A stretch of DNA of 64,000 bases from the NCBI GenBank assembly GCA_964247055.1, contig OZ176051.1:8184001-8248000 (forward strand). The letters are read 5' to 3'. Under the pieces are notes generated by a model. That model was not told the origin of the DNA and searched no databases. It was given only the letters and a program-made list of their open reading frames with translations. Position 1 is the first letter of the stretch, and each line of letters begins with the position of its first letter. Positions 24,385 to 36,354 of this stretch are shown here, piece by piece. Both the position numbers and the translations under genes were made by a program. This DNA is from Paragordius varius (Eukaryota > Animalia > Nematomorpha).

Positions 24385-25030
24385 TAGGGTTGTGCATTTG
24401 ACTGCTTTTTCAAAAAAGTCCGGTCAGACCCGGTCAGACCATGGTCATGACTACGGTCATGACCACTTTACCTAAATAAATACCATGCGATATTGGAGTG
24501 TGAAAATAATGTTCGAAAACACTTGGGTTACACTAATAATGTCATGTTTTTTCTTAAAAGTTAATGTAATACATTTTTTTATATTTATCAATTAAATTTA
24601 ATCAAGAATTTTTTTTAAATAAATTTGCAAGATTCTTGTGGCCTTCTGAATCTTCAAATATAGCTTTTAATACTGCTTATTTCAGATAAAATTTTAACTA
24701 GTTTGTTTTACGGTTCATATAAATAGAATAATCGCATATTTGCAAAATGCTTGATTGTTTTCAAAATAACTGGATATGCTAAATGTTAATGTTATAAGGA
24801 TGCATGTTAAATAATATATTGTCAAATAAGCATATTTAAATATTTAATTTTTATTTTGTAAAAAGTATAATAGTAAAAAGCAATAAAATCTTACTATCTC
24901 TCTTCCAAAAAAATAGCAGCATTTAAAAAACAGCTGTTTTTTAAATGACCATGGTCAAAAAATAAATAGTCACTGACCTGGTCATGACCCAGTCAATTGA
25001 CCGGGTCATGACTTGGTCAGCACAACCCTA
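24385..25030. mobile_element. hAT-superfamily MITE (646 bp)
   Basis: Perfect 11-bp TIR TAGGGTTGTGC/GCACAACCCTA; exact 8-bp TSD GATGCAAC (24377-24384, 25031-25038); subterminal ggtca/tgacc repeats. Confidence 0.93.
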
Positions 25031-25176
25031 GATGCAACACATTCATTTTAGTCCTTCGAATCAAATTGGGGTAGTTGGATACCCCAGGCCTGTTTAAAAT
25101 TAAATTCTTTAAAATATGGAAGGAATCGAAACCATTGCAATTCGCACTTATATAACATTAATAAACCGAAATATAT

Positions 25177-28100
25177 GGTGATTAAAAGCATGAAATCATG
25201 TGATTAAAAAGCGGCAAGACATTCAAATTCGATAATAATCATAAAAGGATTTAAAAATATGTTTCTTTTTTTGTAATTATTATTTTTTTTTGGTTTTGTA
25301 AAGTTTTTTTTTATTTGTATGCTAACTATGTAATTTAAAGAGTAATATAATTCATAAATCATCAATCATTGTTTACATATTATCATTTTTTTTCTAGTTT
25401 TTGGTGCCTTTGTATTTTATTTTTAATAGCGTAGCCATAATTTTTTTATTTATAATATTATGCTTACACTGTAAATATAAAGAGTTGTATTATTAAATAT
25501 TTCATATATTATCCAAAAATGACAAAATTTATAGAGATAAATGTTTATATATTATTATATTTTTTTTCTTGACTATCTAGCCATATATTTTTGAGTAAAT
25601 CGGTAGTTAAGAAGGAATGCAATGGTAAACAATGTTTTCTTTCATTTATGATTGCTATACAATGTGAAATATTAATATTATAAATTTATCAAAATTGAAA
25701 AAATTTATAAAGGTTATTTATAAGTAGAATTTATTTTATTATCCTAGATATTTAATTTCTTTTTGTAACGAGGGTTTAAGTGAGAGGGAAGGCAATGGCA
25801 AACCACCCTCGTTTTATTACTGCCAAAAAATAGTTACACTATATGCAATTGACGCACCCTTTCAAAGTTGGGTGTTGGAACGTACGTTCATTAACAGAAA
25901 CCAAACAGGTTATAATTAAACGAGAAATGGAAAGATTGAACTTAGAAATACTGGGTCTAACGGAAACTAAGCGAAAAGGTAGCGCGAAAGCACAAAACGA
26001 AATTTTACATTGTTAAGATCGGCAATAGATGAACAGAAATCAGAAGGCATTGCAGTATTAATAAAAAATAATTTAAATAAAAGTCTCGTTATTTATACAC
26101 CATATACATCCACATTATTAGTCTGAATGCTAAGCCACTTATTACATACATAGTAGTCTATGCTCCTTATCCCAAAGAAGACATGGAGAATTTTTATGCA
26201 AAGTTGCAAATAGTTTTGGATGAAACGAAGAAAGGAGATATAATTATCATAGGAGCTGATTGGAACAGCAAAGTTGGTAGAGGTAGAGTAGATCAAATAG
26301 TCGGGCCATTTGGATCGGGAGAACGAAACGAGGCTCGGGAGGCACTGATCAATTTTTGCCAGGAAAATGAGATGATGATAACCAACACATGGTTTCCACA
26401 ACACAATAGGAGGTTATACACATGGACCTCTCCATGTGAGAAATATAAGAACCAAATCGATTACATAATATGTCCACAAAAATGGAAAAGCTCTATACTC
26501 GATACCAAAACAAGCAAAAGCAGCGATTGCTCTAGCGATCATGAGCTTTTAGTAACCAAAATCAAACTTAAAATAATTAAAAAGGTTTAACAGACATACG
26601 GATATGACACTCGGAACATTCCAAATTTTAGAACAGAAACAAAAGATAGATTAGAAAGATTGGACAATGAATGTAGCTCAAAACATTTATAGGGATCGAT
26701 AAAAAATGTTATTAATGAAGTGGCAAAAGAAAAAGTGCAGAGATTAAAGAGGAAAGATAATAAAAGGATATCAGAAAATAGTTTAGAAATAGCAGAAAAG
26801 GGAAGAAAAGCTAAATCAAGAGGTGATAATAAAATCGTTATATTGGGCCGGGTGATAAAAAATTTTTTTTGACTTGACTTGCAAGTTTTTCAAGTCATGG
26901 CTTGCTTTCATGTGATAAAAAAAATTTAACATTACACGACTTAAGTCAAGCGAGAAAACTTGATAAGGAGGTGATAAAAAATCATATGATCAAGTAAAAC
27001 TTAAAGATTTTGCAAGTGTGGTGTAGGGCACACTTGACAGATTTAAAAATATGGATAAAATTATTTTGGAAACTATTTATATATGTAATTTAGGTTTTAC
27101 ATGTAATTCAAACCTTTGTTAATGCTATAAATTGTAAATTTGATAAATTTTGGCTAATTAATTTATTCATTGGGTGGATATAAACGAGGATAAATTTATA
27201 GAAAAACTTTGCTAATATTTAAGAACATGGCATATAAAAATATGCTAAATATATCAATTCCCTGACCGCAAAAAAATGGATCTTGAAAACTTTTAAAATT
27301 AATAATTAAATATTAATCATGTAAATCTTCGTTTATTAAAAAGGCTATTTTACTATTAACCAATGTATAGAATTTATTTCACCATACATTTATTTCGTAT
27401 GTAATGTTTATAATCAATTAAAAATAATTATGTTATAATGTATAAACATCTTCCCATTAAATTTGCAAATGGACTTCAAACAAAATGTAGTGTGATAAAG
27501 AAATATAAAGTGTTTTAAGGGCGAATGGTTTCATCAATCTAAAAATTATTACCAGGCTGAATATTAAAAATTCTATAATATTAAATAGGATACTTGCCAG
27601 TGAGTTTGAAAAACGTCAATAAATGCATATTGCATTAATTGTTTATCTTTTTGTGCCTTATTTCATAAATTTTGGCTGAAAATGATCAAAATAATTTCTG
27701 TAAAATTCGAATTGGGTAGCAAAAAAATGTTACATTCATAAGCAAAAGACTTGACTTAAGTGTTTTTTTTATCACCGATCTTCAAGTGTTCACTTGCTGG
27801 CTTAAGTAAACTTGCTCAACTTGCCACGCTTGGCTTACAAGTCAAGTGCGACTTTTTTATCACCCCACCCATTATATAACAAAGAATTTCAACGACAAAC
27901 AAGAAAGTATTATGAAAAATTTCTTAATTTACAATGTCTAGAAGTGGAATTAAATAACAAAAAAGGATTAATGCAACCAATGTTCCAGAAACTAAAGCAA
28001 ATGACTCACAAGCCATATATATCATCCCAAAAGATTAAAAAAGAGAATGGCACTATATTGTGCAAACAAACAGAAGTACGAGAAAGATGGAAGGAATACA

Positions 28101-29225
28101 CCCAAAAACTCTATCAGGCCCCTCAAGTAAAAGTGTTTTAAAAGAGGAAGAACATCCAGATATACTAAGAGAGGAGGTGGAATGCTTTAAAACAAATTCC
28201 TAACAATAAAGCGATGGGATTAGACAATATCCCAATAAAGTTTAAAAAGCTATTCCTGTAGAAACGTTACACATATGCCAAAAGGCGTGGGAAACATGTC
28301 AGTGGAACGACTGGATATCATCTGTATATCTCCCAATATAAAAAAGATGATGTACTCCAGCGCGAAAACTACCGAAACATAGCTCTTATTTGCCACGCTA
28401 GTAAAGTCTCGATAAAAATAATACAAAACAGGATGCACAGTATTATACAGTCAGCCAGAAAATTAAGGATTTATGAAGGGAAAAAGCACAAGATACCATA
28501 TATCAAACATGAGAAGGATAATAGAAACATCTAGAGAGTTTCCGAAAGAATGGTCTTATGCTTAACCCTAACAAAACCCTGGAGAAAAGCCTACAATTAT
28601 TATAGGGGGGGGGGGTGGAAATAGAAATAGTTAAACAGTAACGTTTTTGGGCGCAGTAAATTTAGAAGATTGGTTTTTAACTCCTGACATCAGAAAGAGA
28701 ATAGGATTGGGTAAAGAAGCGATGACCAATATAATAAAGATTTGGAAAAACAAAAGCGTAGTAGTTGAAACCAAAAAAAGATTACTCTACTGTTTCGTTC
28801 TCCCGACCACATATGGATGTGAGAGCTGGACTCTCAGAAAAAGAGACAAAGAAAGGCTCATGGCTTTCGAAAAGAGCTGCTGGCGCAGGATGCTACACCT
28901 GGAAGGATAAAATTAAGAATGGAAATCTAACTACAGAAAAAGAGCCTAAAACAAACATCCTGAAGATAATTCTAAAAAGAAATTTAACCTATTTTGGTCA
29001 TGTCATGCGGATCGAATTCTCCAGAGAAAGATACAAAGTTTGGGAAGGTAGAAGGACAAAGGAAACCATGCTGACCATCGATGAGGTGGTTGGATATGAT
29101 AAAAGAGGAGACTAAAATGACATTAAACGATCCCAATCTAGCGGTAAAAGATAGAAGAAAGTGGAAAGAAATGGTGTAAAATATATCCAAAAAGTCGTTT
29201 ACGACTTAGGAATAACCAACCAACC
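25177..29225 (+). mobile_element. RTE (BovB-like) LINE with internal RT deletion and a nested TIR element
   Basis: ggaaggcaatggcaaaccac motif; APE motifs GADWNSKVG, NTWF and KNQIDYI; RT N-half and C-terminal YGCESWTL; (CAAC)n tail; exact 14-bp TSD AAACCGAAATATAT (25163-25176, 29226-29239). The YADD region is missing near 28560-28620. Confidence 0.93.
26844..27871. mobile_element. Non-autonomous TIR DNA element (~1.03 kb) inserted in the RTE ORF
   Basis: TGGG..GGTGATAAAAAA..gacttgacttg mirrored at the right end; flanked by ttatat on both sides; the RTE protein resumes (NKEFQRQ) immediately after. Confidence 0.85.
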
Positions 29226-29454
29226 AAACCGAAATATATAAAGAATTTTATTCAAAAATACTTGATATTGCTTATTTTAAACTAAAACCGAAAGGTAAAA
29301 ATTTAGTCAACGTGACATGTGTGCAATGGTAAAATGGAAAAATAATACAAACTTAACCGCTTTTTCTAATTCTCTCAATGTTAGATCTAATTTATATAAA
29401 AAAATTACCTTAAAATTAACCTTAAAATTAAATGAAGACGATATTTTGCAAAAA

Positions 29455-30029
29455 ACTTCGATTCAAATTGGGGTATCTAAATACCTCAAGCTAAATTTAA
29501 TATTTTTAAAAAACTGTTGAAGGAAACGGTCCCAATTTAAGATTATGCTTCTATCCAAATAAAAATTATATAAATATGCCAAAATATCTAAATTAAATTC
29601 AGTTTTGATAAAAAAGATCCATGTCAAACTACTTCAACGCCATTATTATTTTAAAAAATTTTCGCAAAATATCGTCTTCATTTAATTTTAAGGGTAAAAT
29701 TAAAGTTAATTTTTTATTTAAATTACATCTAACATTGATAGAAATAGAAAACGCGTTTTATTTTATTTTATTTTTTAATTTAACCATTTTACCCATATGT
29801 CACGTTGACGAAATTTTTACCTTTCGGTTTTAGCTTAAAATAAGTACAAGTATTTTTGAATAAAATTTATTATGTATTTCGGTTTATTAATTTTATATAA
29901 ATGCAAAATTTTGCCATGGTTTCGATTCCTTACATACTTTTTTAAAGTATTTGATATAAAACAGGCCTGGGGTATCCAACTACCCCAATTTGAATCCAAG
30001 GACTAAAATGAGTGTGTTGTATCCAAGTG
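29455..30029 (+). mobile_element. Family A MITE copy 5
   Basis: cttcgattcaaattggggta start (terminal CA and TTAA lost) ... ATCCAAGTG|TTAA. Confidence 0.85.
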
Positions 30030-30095
30030 TTAAAAGCGTTAAAGTTGTAGAAACATATAATTTTTTGCATTCACATTTTAACGCGCGTTCCTGTC

Positions 30096-32395
30096 ATGTC
30101 TGATGCCGTAACTTTTTTTCAAATTATATTTTAGGATAACGCAACTAATGAAGAGCAGAAAAATGAATCTGAATTTTTAAAACTCAAAGTTATTGGTCAG
30201 GTTATATTTTAATTTTATTTTCAAGGATGGCAATGAGATTCATTTTCGTGTAAAAACCACCACACGCATGGAAAAATTAAAAAAATCATACAGTGAGCGC
30301 ATGGTTTATAAATCTTTATAATATAGGGTATTCCTGTTAGTTCATTACGGTTTCTTTTTGATGGGCGCAGAATTAACGATGACGATACCCCAAAATCGGT
30401 TTTTTATTTTATAACTTGTTAAAATTATTTTTTTATGTTTATTATAGAATTTTAGTGCTAATAGATGGTAATTGATTTCAGTGTTTACTAAAATTATTAA
30501 TATGTTCCATAAAATTTAGTTAATCGTTAAACTTTTTTTGCTCGCTATTTTATTAGAAATTATAATAATTTTCTCAAAAAATATAGATTATGATGGTGAT
30601 GGATTTAAATATTGTTAGATTAAATTATATTATGTACCACAATAGGTCAATCCATATTAACAGGAATAAAAATTTTATATTTTATTTGTGCTTTTTAAGT
30701 TCTATCATACAAAGGTGTTTGATGTTCTAAATTTTTGCATATTAAAATTATCCCAAGAGCTTAAGTCATAATATATATATATATATATAAATGTATTACA
30801 CTGTCCAAAAAATTTTTAACAAAATAATTTTTTTTTCATGGGATAGCTTATCACTTACAATCATTTGCTGTAAAATTTTTTATATGTTTACAACCTAGTT
30901 TTTGAAATATTTAGGGAAAATCGAAATCGGGCAAAAAGTGAAATTTAAAGAAAATTAAATATTATTCAAAAAATTAATATATAATTAGCCTAAAATCATA
31001 TAATTAAAAAAAAATTTTTTATGAAATATTAAAATAATTTTTTTTATTTATTAGCTAAATCAGTATTAAAATTTTAACATTCATATTCAGTAAAGAACAT
31101 ATTAAAATCAAACTAAAAAATATTGTTTTATTTTTTCATTTATTTGTCACTGCTTTATGACAGTATAAAAAATGTACTATACTATTTTGGAATTTTACAT
31201 GAGCTAGAACATATAAATTAATAATTAACAATTAGTGGAAAATCAACCAAAAATCCTTACATATCCTAGTAAAAATATTAATTTGTGTTAAAACAATTTT
31301 TTAAAAGGGATATAAGGATTTTTGGTTGAATTCCACTACTTTTAAATCCTATGTTTTATAAATTATATAGTTAATGATTCTGTAATATTCCAAAATAAAA
31401 CAGTTAAATTTTTTACACACTCATAAGCCAACTGACAGAAAAATGAAAAAAATAAAAAATATTTTTTGTTTTATTTTAATATATATTTTTTTACCAAATA
31501 AAATATGAATGTTAAGAATTTAATATTAGTTTAGCTGGTAAATAATAAAAAAAATATTTTAATACAGTTTCATAAATTTTTTTTTGTCTTTTAAGGTAAA
31601 GAAGTGTGGGGGAAGGGTGTCGAAAATCTTTTATAATAAGAATGTATTCCAGTATAATGCACTAACATCTAACTATTCATCTTAAAATTATGTTAAAAGA
31701 GTTTGGTAATAATTTTTTTGCTATTTTTTAAAAAAAACTTTTTACTATTTTATTTAAAAAGAATGATATTTTAACAAAATACAGTCATGTATTCTTTATA
31801 TCAAAAATTCATAATTTTTCGTTAAATGGGTATAAATATTTGGTAAAGAATAGAAAAAACAAGATCATTATGGTATTAACAATATCATATTCATCAAAAA
31901 AGTATAAGAGTTACCATAGAGCTCTTGTTTTTTCCATTCTTTACCAAATATTCATACCCATTTAACGAAAAAAATAAATTTTTGATAAAATAAAGGATAT
32001 ATGACTGTTGAACATATTTTACCATATAAGATTTTCGTCCCCCTTCCCCCACACCTCTTTACTTTTTTGATGAATATGATATTGTTAATACCAAACTCTT
32101 GTTTTTTCTATTCTTTAACAAACTTTCATACCCATTTAACGAAAAAAATAAATTTTTCCTAATATAAAAGAAACGACACTCTATGTAATTTATTTGCCCA
32201 TAAATGTAAGCCCCAAAATTTTAAACACCATTTTATTAAAAATATACTATTCTTCTCCAAATGAGAACATCCAGATCAATTATCATTAATTATTTTATTA
32301 AACTACATTTAAAAAGTTTTTAATAAAAAATATAGCTTGATATGGAAAATGACGATGTTATAGAAGTCTATTCTGAACAATCTGGTGGATATTAA
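30096..32395 (+). CDS. SUMO1: SUMO (SUMO1-type), 95 aa; join(30096..30107,30135..30200,30226..30303,30327..30398,32336..32395)
   Basis: MSDA|DNATNEEQKNESEFLKLKVIGQ|DGNEIHFRVKTTTRMEKLKKSYSERM|GIPVSSLRFLFDGRRINDDDTPKS|LDMENDDVIEVYSEQSGGY*; all introns GT-AG phase 0, of 27, 25, 23 and 1937 nt. Absent from the ORF track. Confidence 0.96.
31008..31585. repeat. ~570 bp imperfect palindrome in SUMO intron 4
   Basis: gtggaaaatcaaccaaaaatccttacatatcc mirrored by ggatataaggatttttggttgaattccac; the arms continue outward about 250 bp. Confidence 0.7.
31782..32007. mobile_element. Family C palindromic MITE in SUMO intron 4
   Basis: cagtcatgtattcttt ... aaaggatatatgactg; homologous to 54612-54843. Confidence 0.8.
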
Positions 32396-32704
32396 TTTTT
32401 TATATTGTATTCATTTATGTAAAATGTCTTAATTTTCTAATCTCATGCATACAGATATTGTACAAATAAATTTTACTTGCTCTTATACTGCCTTTTATAA
32501 GCTATATAAGTATCATTAAAAAGATCAATACAGTGTGCGATAAAGAGGTAAAGTTTTATAAATACTATTTTAATTTTAACACTAATCTCCACCTAATTAA
32601 ATATTTGTGAAAAAGTTATTTAATATTCATTTACCCTTATGCAATTTTTATTATTTTTTTAAATTAGGCTTTCTAATGGTTTAATGAAAAGCTTAGTATA
32701 GGCA

Positions 32705-32938
32705 CATGGGTAATCAACACGCGGCTCGGCTCTAAACATTATTGGCCCGCGAAATTAAATCCATAATTTGCAATATGTTAACAAAATCTAAAATGATATT
32801 TTTAAAAATTTTCTAAGTCTATCCAATTGCCAATATTTTACTTTTATGGTATTTTGTTAAAAATTTAATAAAATATTTGTCAATGTCCATATATTTTCTG
32901 AATGCGGCTCGCCAAACCATTTGTGTTGGAGACCTCTG
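32705..32938 (-). mobile_element. hAT-like MITE family G copy 2
   Basis: Reverse copy ending ttgtgttggagacctctg; flanks tataggca/taaaagca match 6 of 8 bases (eroded TSD). Confidence 0.6.
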
Positions 32939-33164
32939 TAAAAGCATTAATCATAAACTAAATTAATAGGCATCTAAAAATTTCGTCATTTAATCTTTAC
33001 GAAAAATGTTGAAATGAACATATTTAAAAAAATGCAATCTACGATTATAAAAAATATTGATTATCAGATTTATAATGTATCAAGGTGATCAAACGTTTTT
33101 GGCTTCGAGCTTATGAGTCATTAATAAACATTTAATAACGATAAACCATATTAACATATTTTAT

Positions 33165-33870
33165 TTTTTGGAGAAATTTAATAACGTTCAGTGTTTAATT
33201 TTAATTGTCATATTTCCATCCATCCATTTTCCAGGGTATCTGGGGTTTCCTTGCACCAACTTTCTGAACAATGTTCTATCAAAGACTTGTTCATTTTCAA
33301 TATTGAATTGTTATAGATCTTGGGTCAGCTGTTTGGACCATGTGAGTTTAGGGCGGCCTTTTCTGTTTGGGCCGGGTATGTTTAAATGTTGTATTTTTTG
33401 TACCCAGTTATCGGAATTCATACGTTGAATATGTCTGTAATATCGCAATCGATTGCGCTGAATGAATAGAGCTATGGGTTCATCTTCTTCTATGGTATTA
33501 TCAAAAATATTGTTGCAGATTTTGAGCATGTGATTTTCAGCTCTAGTAAGTCTATTTAGGTCTGTTGCTGTAAGGGCCCAGGTTTCTGTAGCGTATGTCA
33601 TAGCTGGTCTTATTCCCATTTTGTAAATCTTTATCTTATGATTCGATTTGATATTTTTATTAGTTAAAATATATTTTAATTGATTGAATTTGGCCCATCC
33701 TTGTCTGATGAGAAATGGCATCCCTTACAGAGCCATCAGATGCTATATACGCCCAGATATGGAAAAGATGTTACAACTTCTAGTTTGTCTCCATTAAAGT
33801 TTAAAGTACGTGAATTCGATATTGGCAGTGGTATCGATAAAGGACATGGTGTGCAGATAAAATAATTATT
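33165..33870 (-). mobile_element. RTE LINE 3' fragment
   Basis: ORF 33311-33721: IRPAMTYATETW, NRLRYYRHIQRM and RKGRPKLTW, typical of the RTE C-terminus. Confidence 0.85.
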
Positions 33871-34242
33871 ATTAATTAACTTTTGTCTTTTTAGACATTC
33901 TCTAGCCTAGTACAGCGAATAAGGTACCCTCACCTCTGAGTTAAAGGGGTTGGTTTATAAGGGCATATAATCCGTAAAACCTTGCCTCAATTACAAAACC
34001 ATGAAGAAACGACTTACAAATAATTGTCATATTTACATACTTTTTTTATTAATTTAATCTTATATAAACAATTCTTAAATTCCGTGGTACACTGTTACTA
34101 ACTAAAAATACACTAAAAATGATGTTGATAATTAAACTGAAATAATATTAAGTGATAGGAGAAACTCTTCACTAGTGATCTCAGACTATTTCGTGATTGT
34201 ACACGAATTTGCACTACACAACTATTTCAGATATCAATTTTA

Positions 34243-34273
<31 letters not shown>

Positions 34274-34487
34274 CCAACTTTGCACTCGGTATAAATGCGG
34301 TCGAATTAATTAAATTTACGAATTGTAGTATGTCTTAGATCCGTTTATTTGCGCTAAATTTCTCAAAATAATCTAAAAAATAAATGGTATCATGTTTTAT
34401 ATGTTAAATATTGCTTTTTTAATATAATAATTAACTATTGTGTTTGTAGATTTACTATTCAAAACTTTTTCCTATAATTTTTCCATT

Positions 34488-34524
<37 letters not shown>

Positions 34525-34559
34525 TTATCCTAAGTTTTTATTGCCCATTCAATCTAATA

Positions 34560-34860
34560 AAGTAAAGGACATTTGAACGATGCTAAACGCTGTCATGCTT
34601 TCAATAATATTTGCGACAATAAAGGATAGTGTTTTGCGCATTTTGGAAAAGCACAAGTCCACTGGCAGTTTCTTTTTCTTTTATGACTTCGAATTCGAAG
34701 TTTTCTTCCAAAGAATCAATACATATTCGTACATTATAGTTTAAGATGATTTTTCACGTAAACAATGCCCTTGTGTACAACTAAGGTTTTACAGATATCA
34801 TTAAAAACTGGTCTTTGCCTTTAGCGCATCTCACCAAAGTCACGGGTGGCAATAGGACTT
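34560..34860 (-). mobile_element. Probable RTE 5'/endonuclease relic
   Basis: GC-richer stretch whose minus-strand translation includes an NYNVR relic; weak evidence. Confidence 0.35.
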
Positions 34861-34929
34861 TTTTATTTATTTTTCATACGGATTTACCATTTAAAATTCA
34901 AACTCACTCTTAAACGATACGATTCATAT

Positions 34930-35145
34930 TCACCCTAAAAATATTTTATATGTTTTCGGCCTAATATAACTAACTCATCATTAATATGAAAAATTTTAAT
35001 ATTTATTAGTTTATTAATTTTTGAAAATTATATTAGTTTAAACAAATTTGATTTTTTAAAAATATAGCTAATCTTTAACTTTAAAAAGCACATAATTTAT
35101 TTTAGGGTGAAATTAAATTGTTCGAGGGTGATTAGGGTGAAAATT
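34930..35145. mobile_element. Family B MITE partial copy
   Basis: attcaccct and agggtgaaattaaattgttcgagggtg subterminal units. Confidence 0.55.
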
Positions 35146-36354
35146 TAAAAGCACCTGTTGTAAACTTATGATTAGCCGTTCAAACGTGTTTATGTGCAAT
35201 ATACAAGATTAGCAAATCGCGAAATGTGCTGGATTCGAATGTTTGTCTTATTATTCGCTGACAACTGAAAATTAAAATCAAATGGTATAATGATCTTCTT
35301 TACAGACTTCTGTTAGCGCGCTTTTACACCAACGCATTTTGGCACACTAAATTTGTTAATTAGGTAAATTTTTGGTGCTTTAAAAAGCGTTTACGACCCA
35401 CCAATCCCTACGTTAGATTTTGTCAAAATAAATTTTATTTATAAAGTTTAATATAAAATATCGGGTAAAAACACTTTCTTGTCACAATTAATTTGAAACA
35501 TAATAAAACGTTTTTTATAAACTGTCGTACGATTTAAAAATTAGATAGTATAAAAAAACCAATAATTATGTAAAGTATAGATAATTTTTATGATTGCAAC
35601 CATTTGTTATTTTAACCATTCAATATTATTTCTTAACTATAAAATTTGAAAAGTATTTATTATTATGATGTATAAAATAAAATTAGTTTGAAGCCATAAA
35701 AAATATATTTGGTGATGATATATAAATGAGTAGGACCGGAGACTTTAAATGTGCGCAATGAAGACAAAATTTACTAAAATGCAATAATAAATTAAAAAAA
35801 AATTACAGATAAGTGAGTTTCTTCTTTACAAAAGATATTATTAAAATATCACCACATATAAATGACAAAACTATCCGTAAAAAAATAAGTTGATAAAAAA
35901 ACAAAAATTTGCGTGCTAAGACTCAAAAAAGGTATATCATGAGTACAAAAATATATACAAATATTTACAAATTAAACAATTATAAAAATTAGTATAATAA
36001 ATTAGTGGTTTTAATTGCTTGATCATTAAGATTTTGAGTCGAAACCGTGATGCATGAGCCTGTATTGTGGGATAGGGATCAAAAATTATTTTTGAGAGAT
36101 AGTGGAAGATACCATGTGCAATTTGGTTTTGTGGTGACTTTGGATGGATAAAATAAATCAAAACTTATTAATTTTATACAATAAAGGATATTTGTGATTA
36201 TTTAAAATATTTTATTTTTTGTTTTCTGTATGAAAAAAAAACTGAGATATAGAAAGGAGAAGAAGGAATGATTAAAATGCTTTGCGAAGGATTGCAACAT
36301 TGTTTGTTTAGTAAAAAAAGAAAGATTTTAATTTGGTCAAATAAAACAATTTGT

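Larger units (their letters stand above)
24371..29452 (-). mobile_element. Family A MITE copy 4 (reverse), split by a hAT MITE and an RTE LINE
   Basis: TTAA|CACTTGGAT start; removing 24385-25038 and 25177-29239 restores a colinear reverse copy of family A. Confidence 0.85.

Noticed and set aside
11853-29115. Stop-codon reassignment or programmed frameshifting to explain split LINE ORFs
   Set aside because: Breaks are irregular and include indels, and host genes end at ordinary TAA/TGA/TAG; simple decay explains them.
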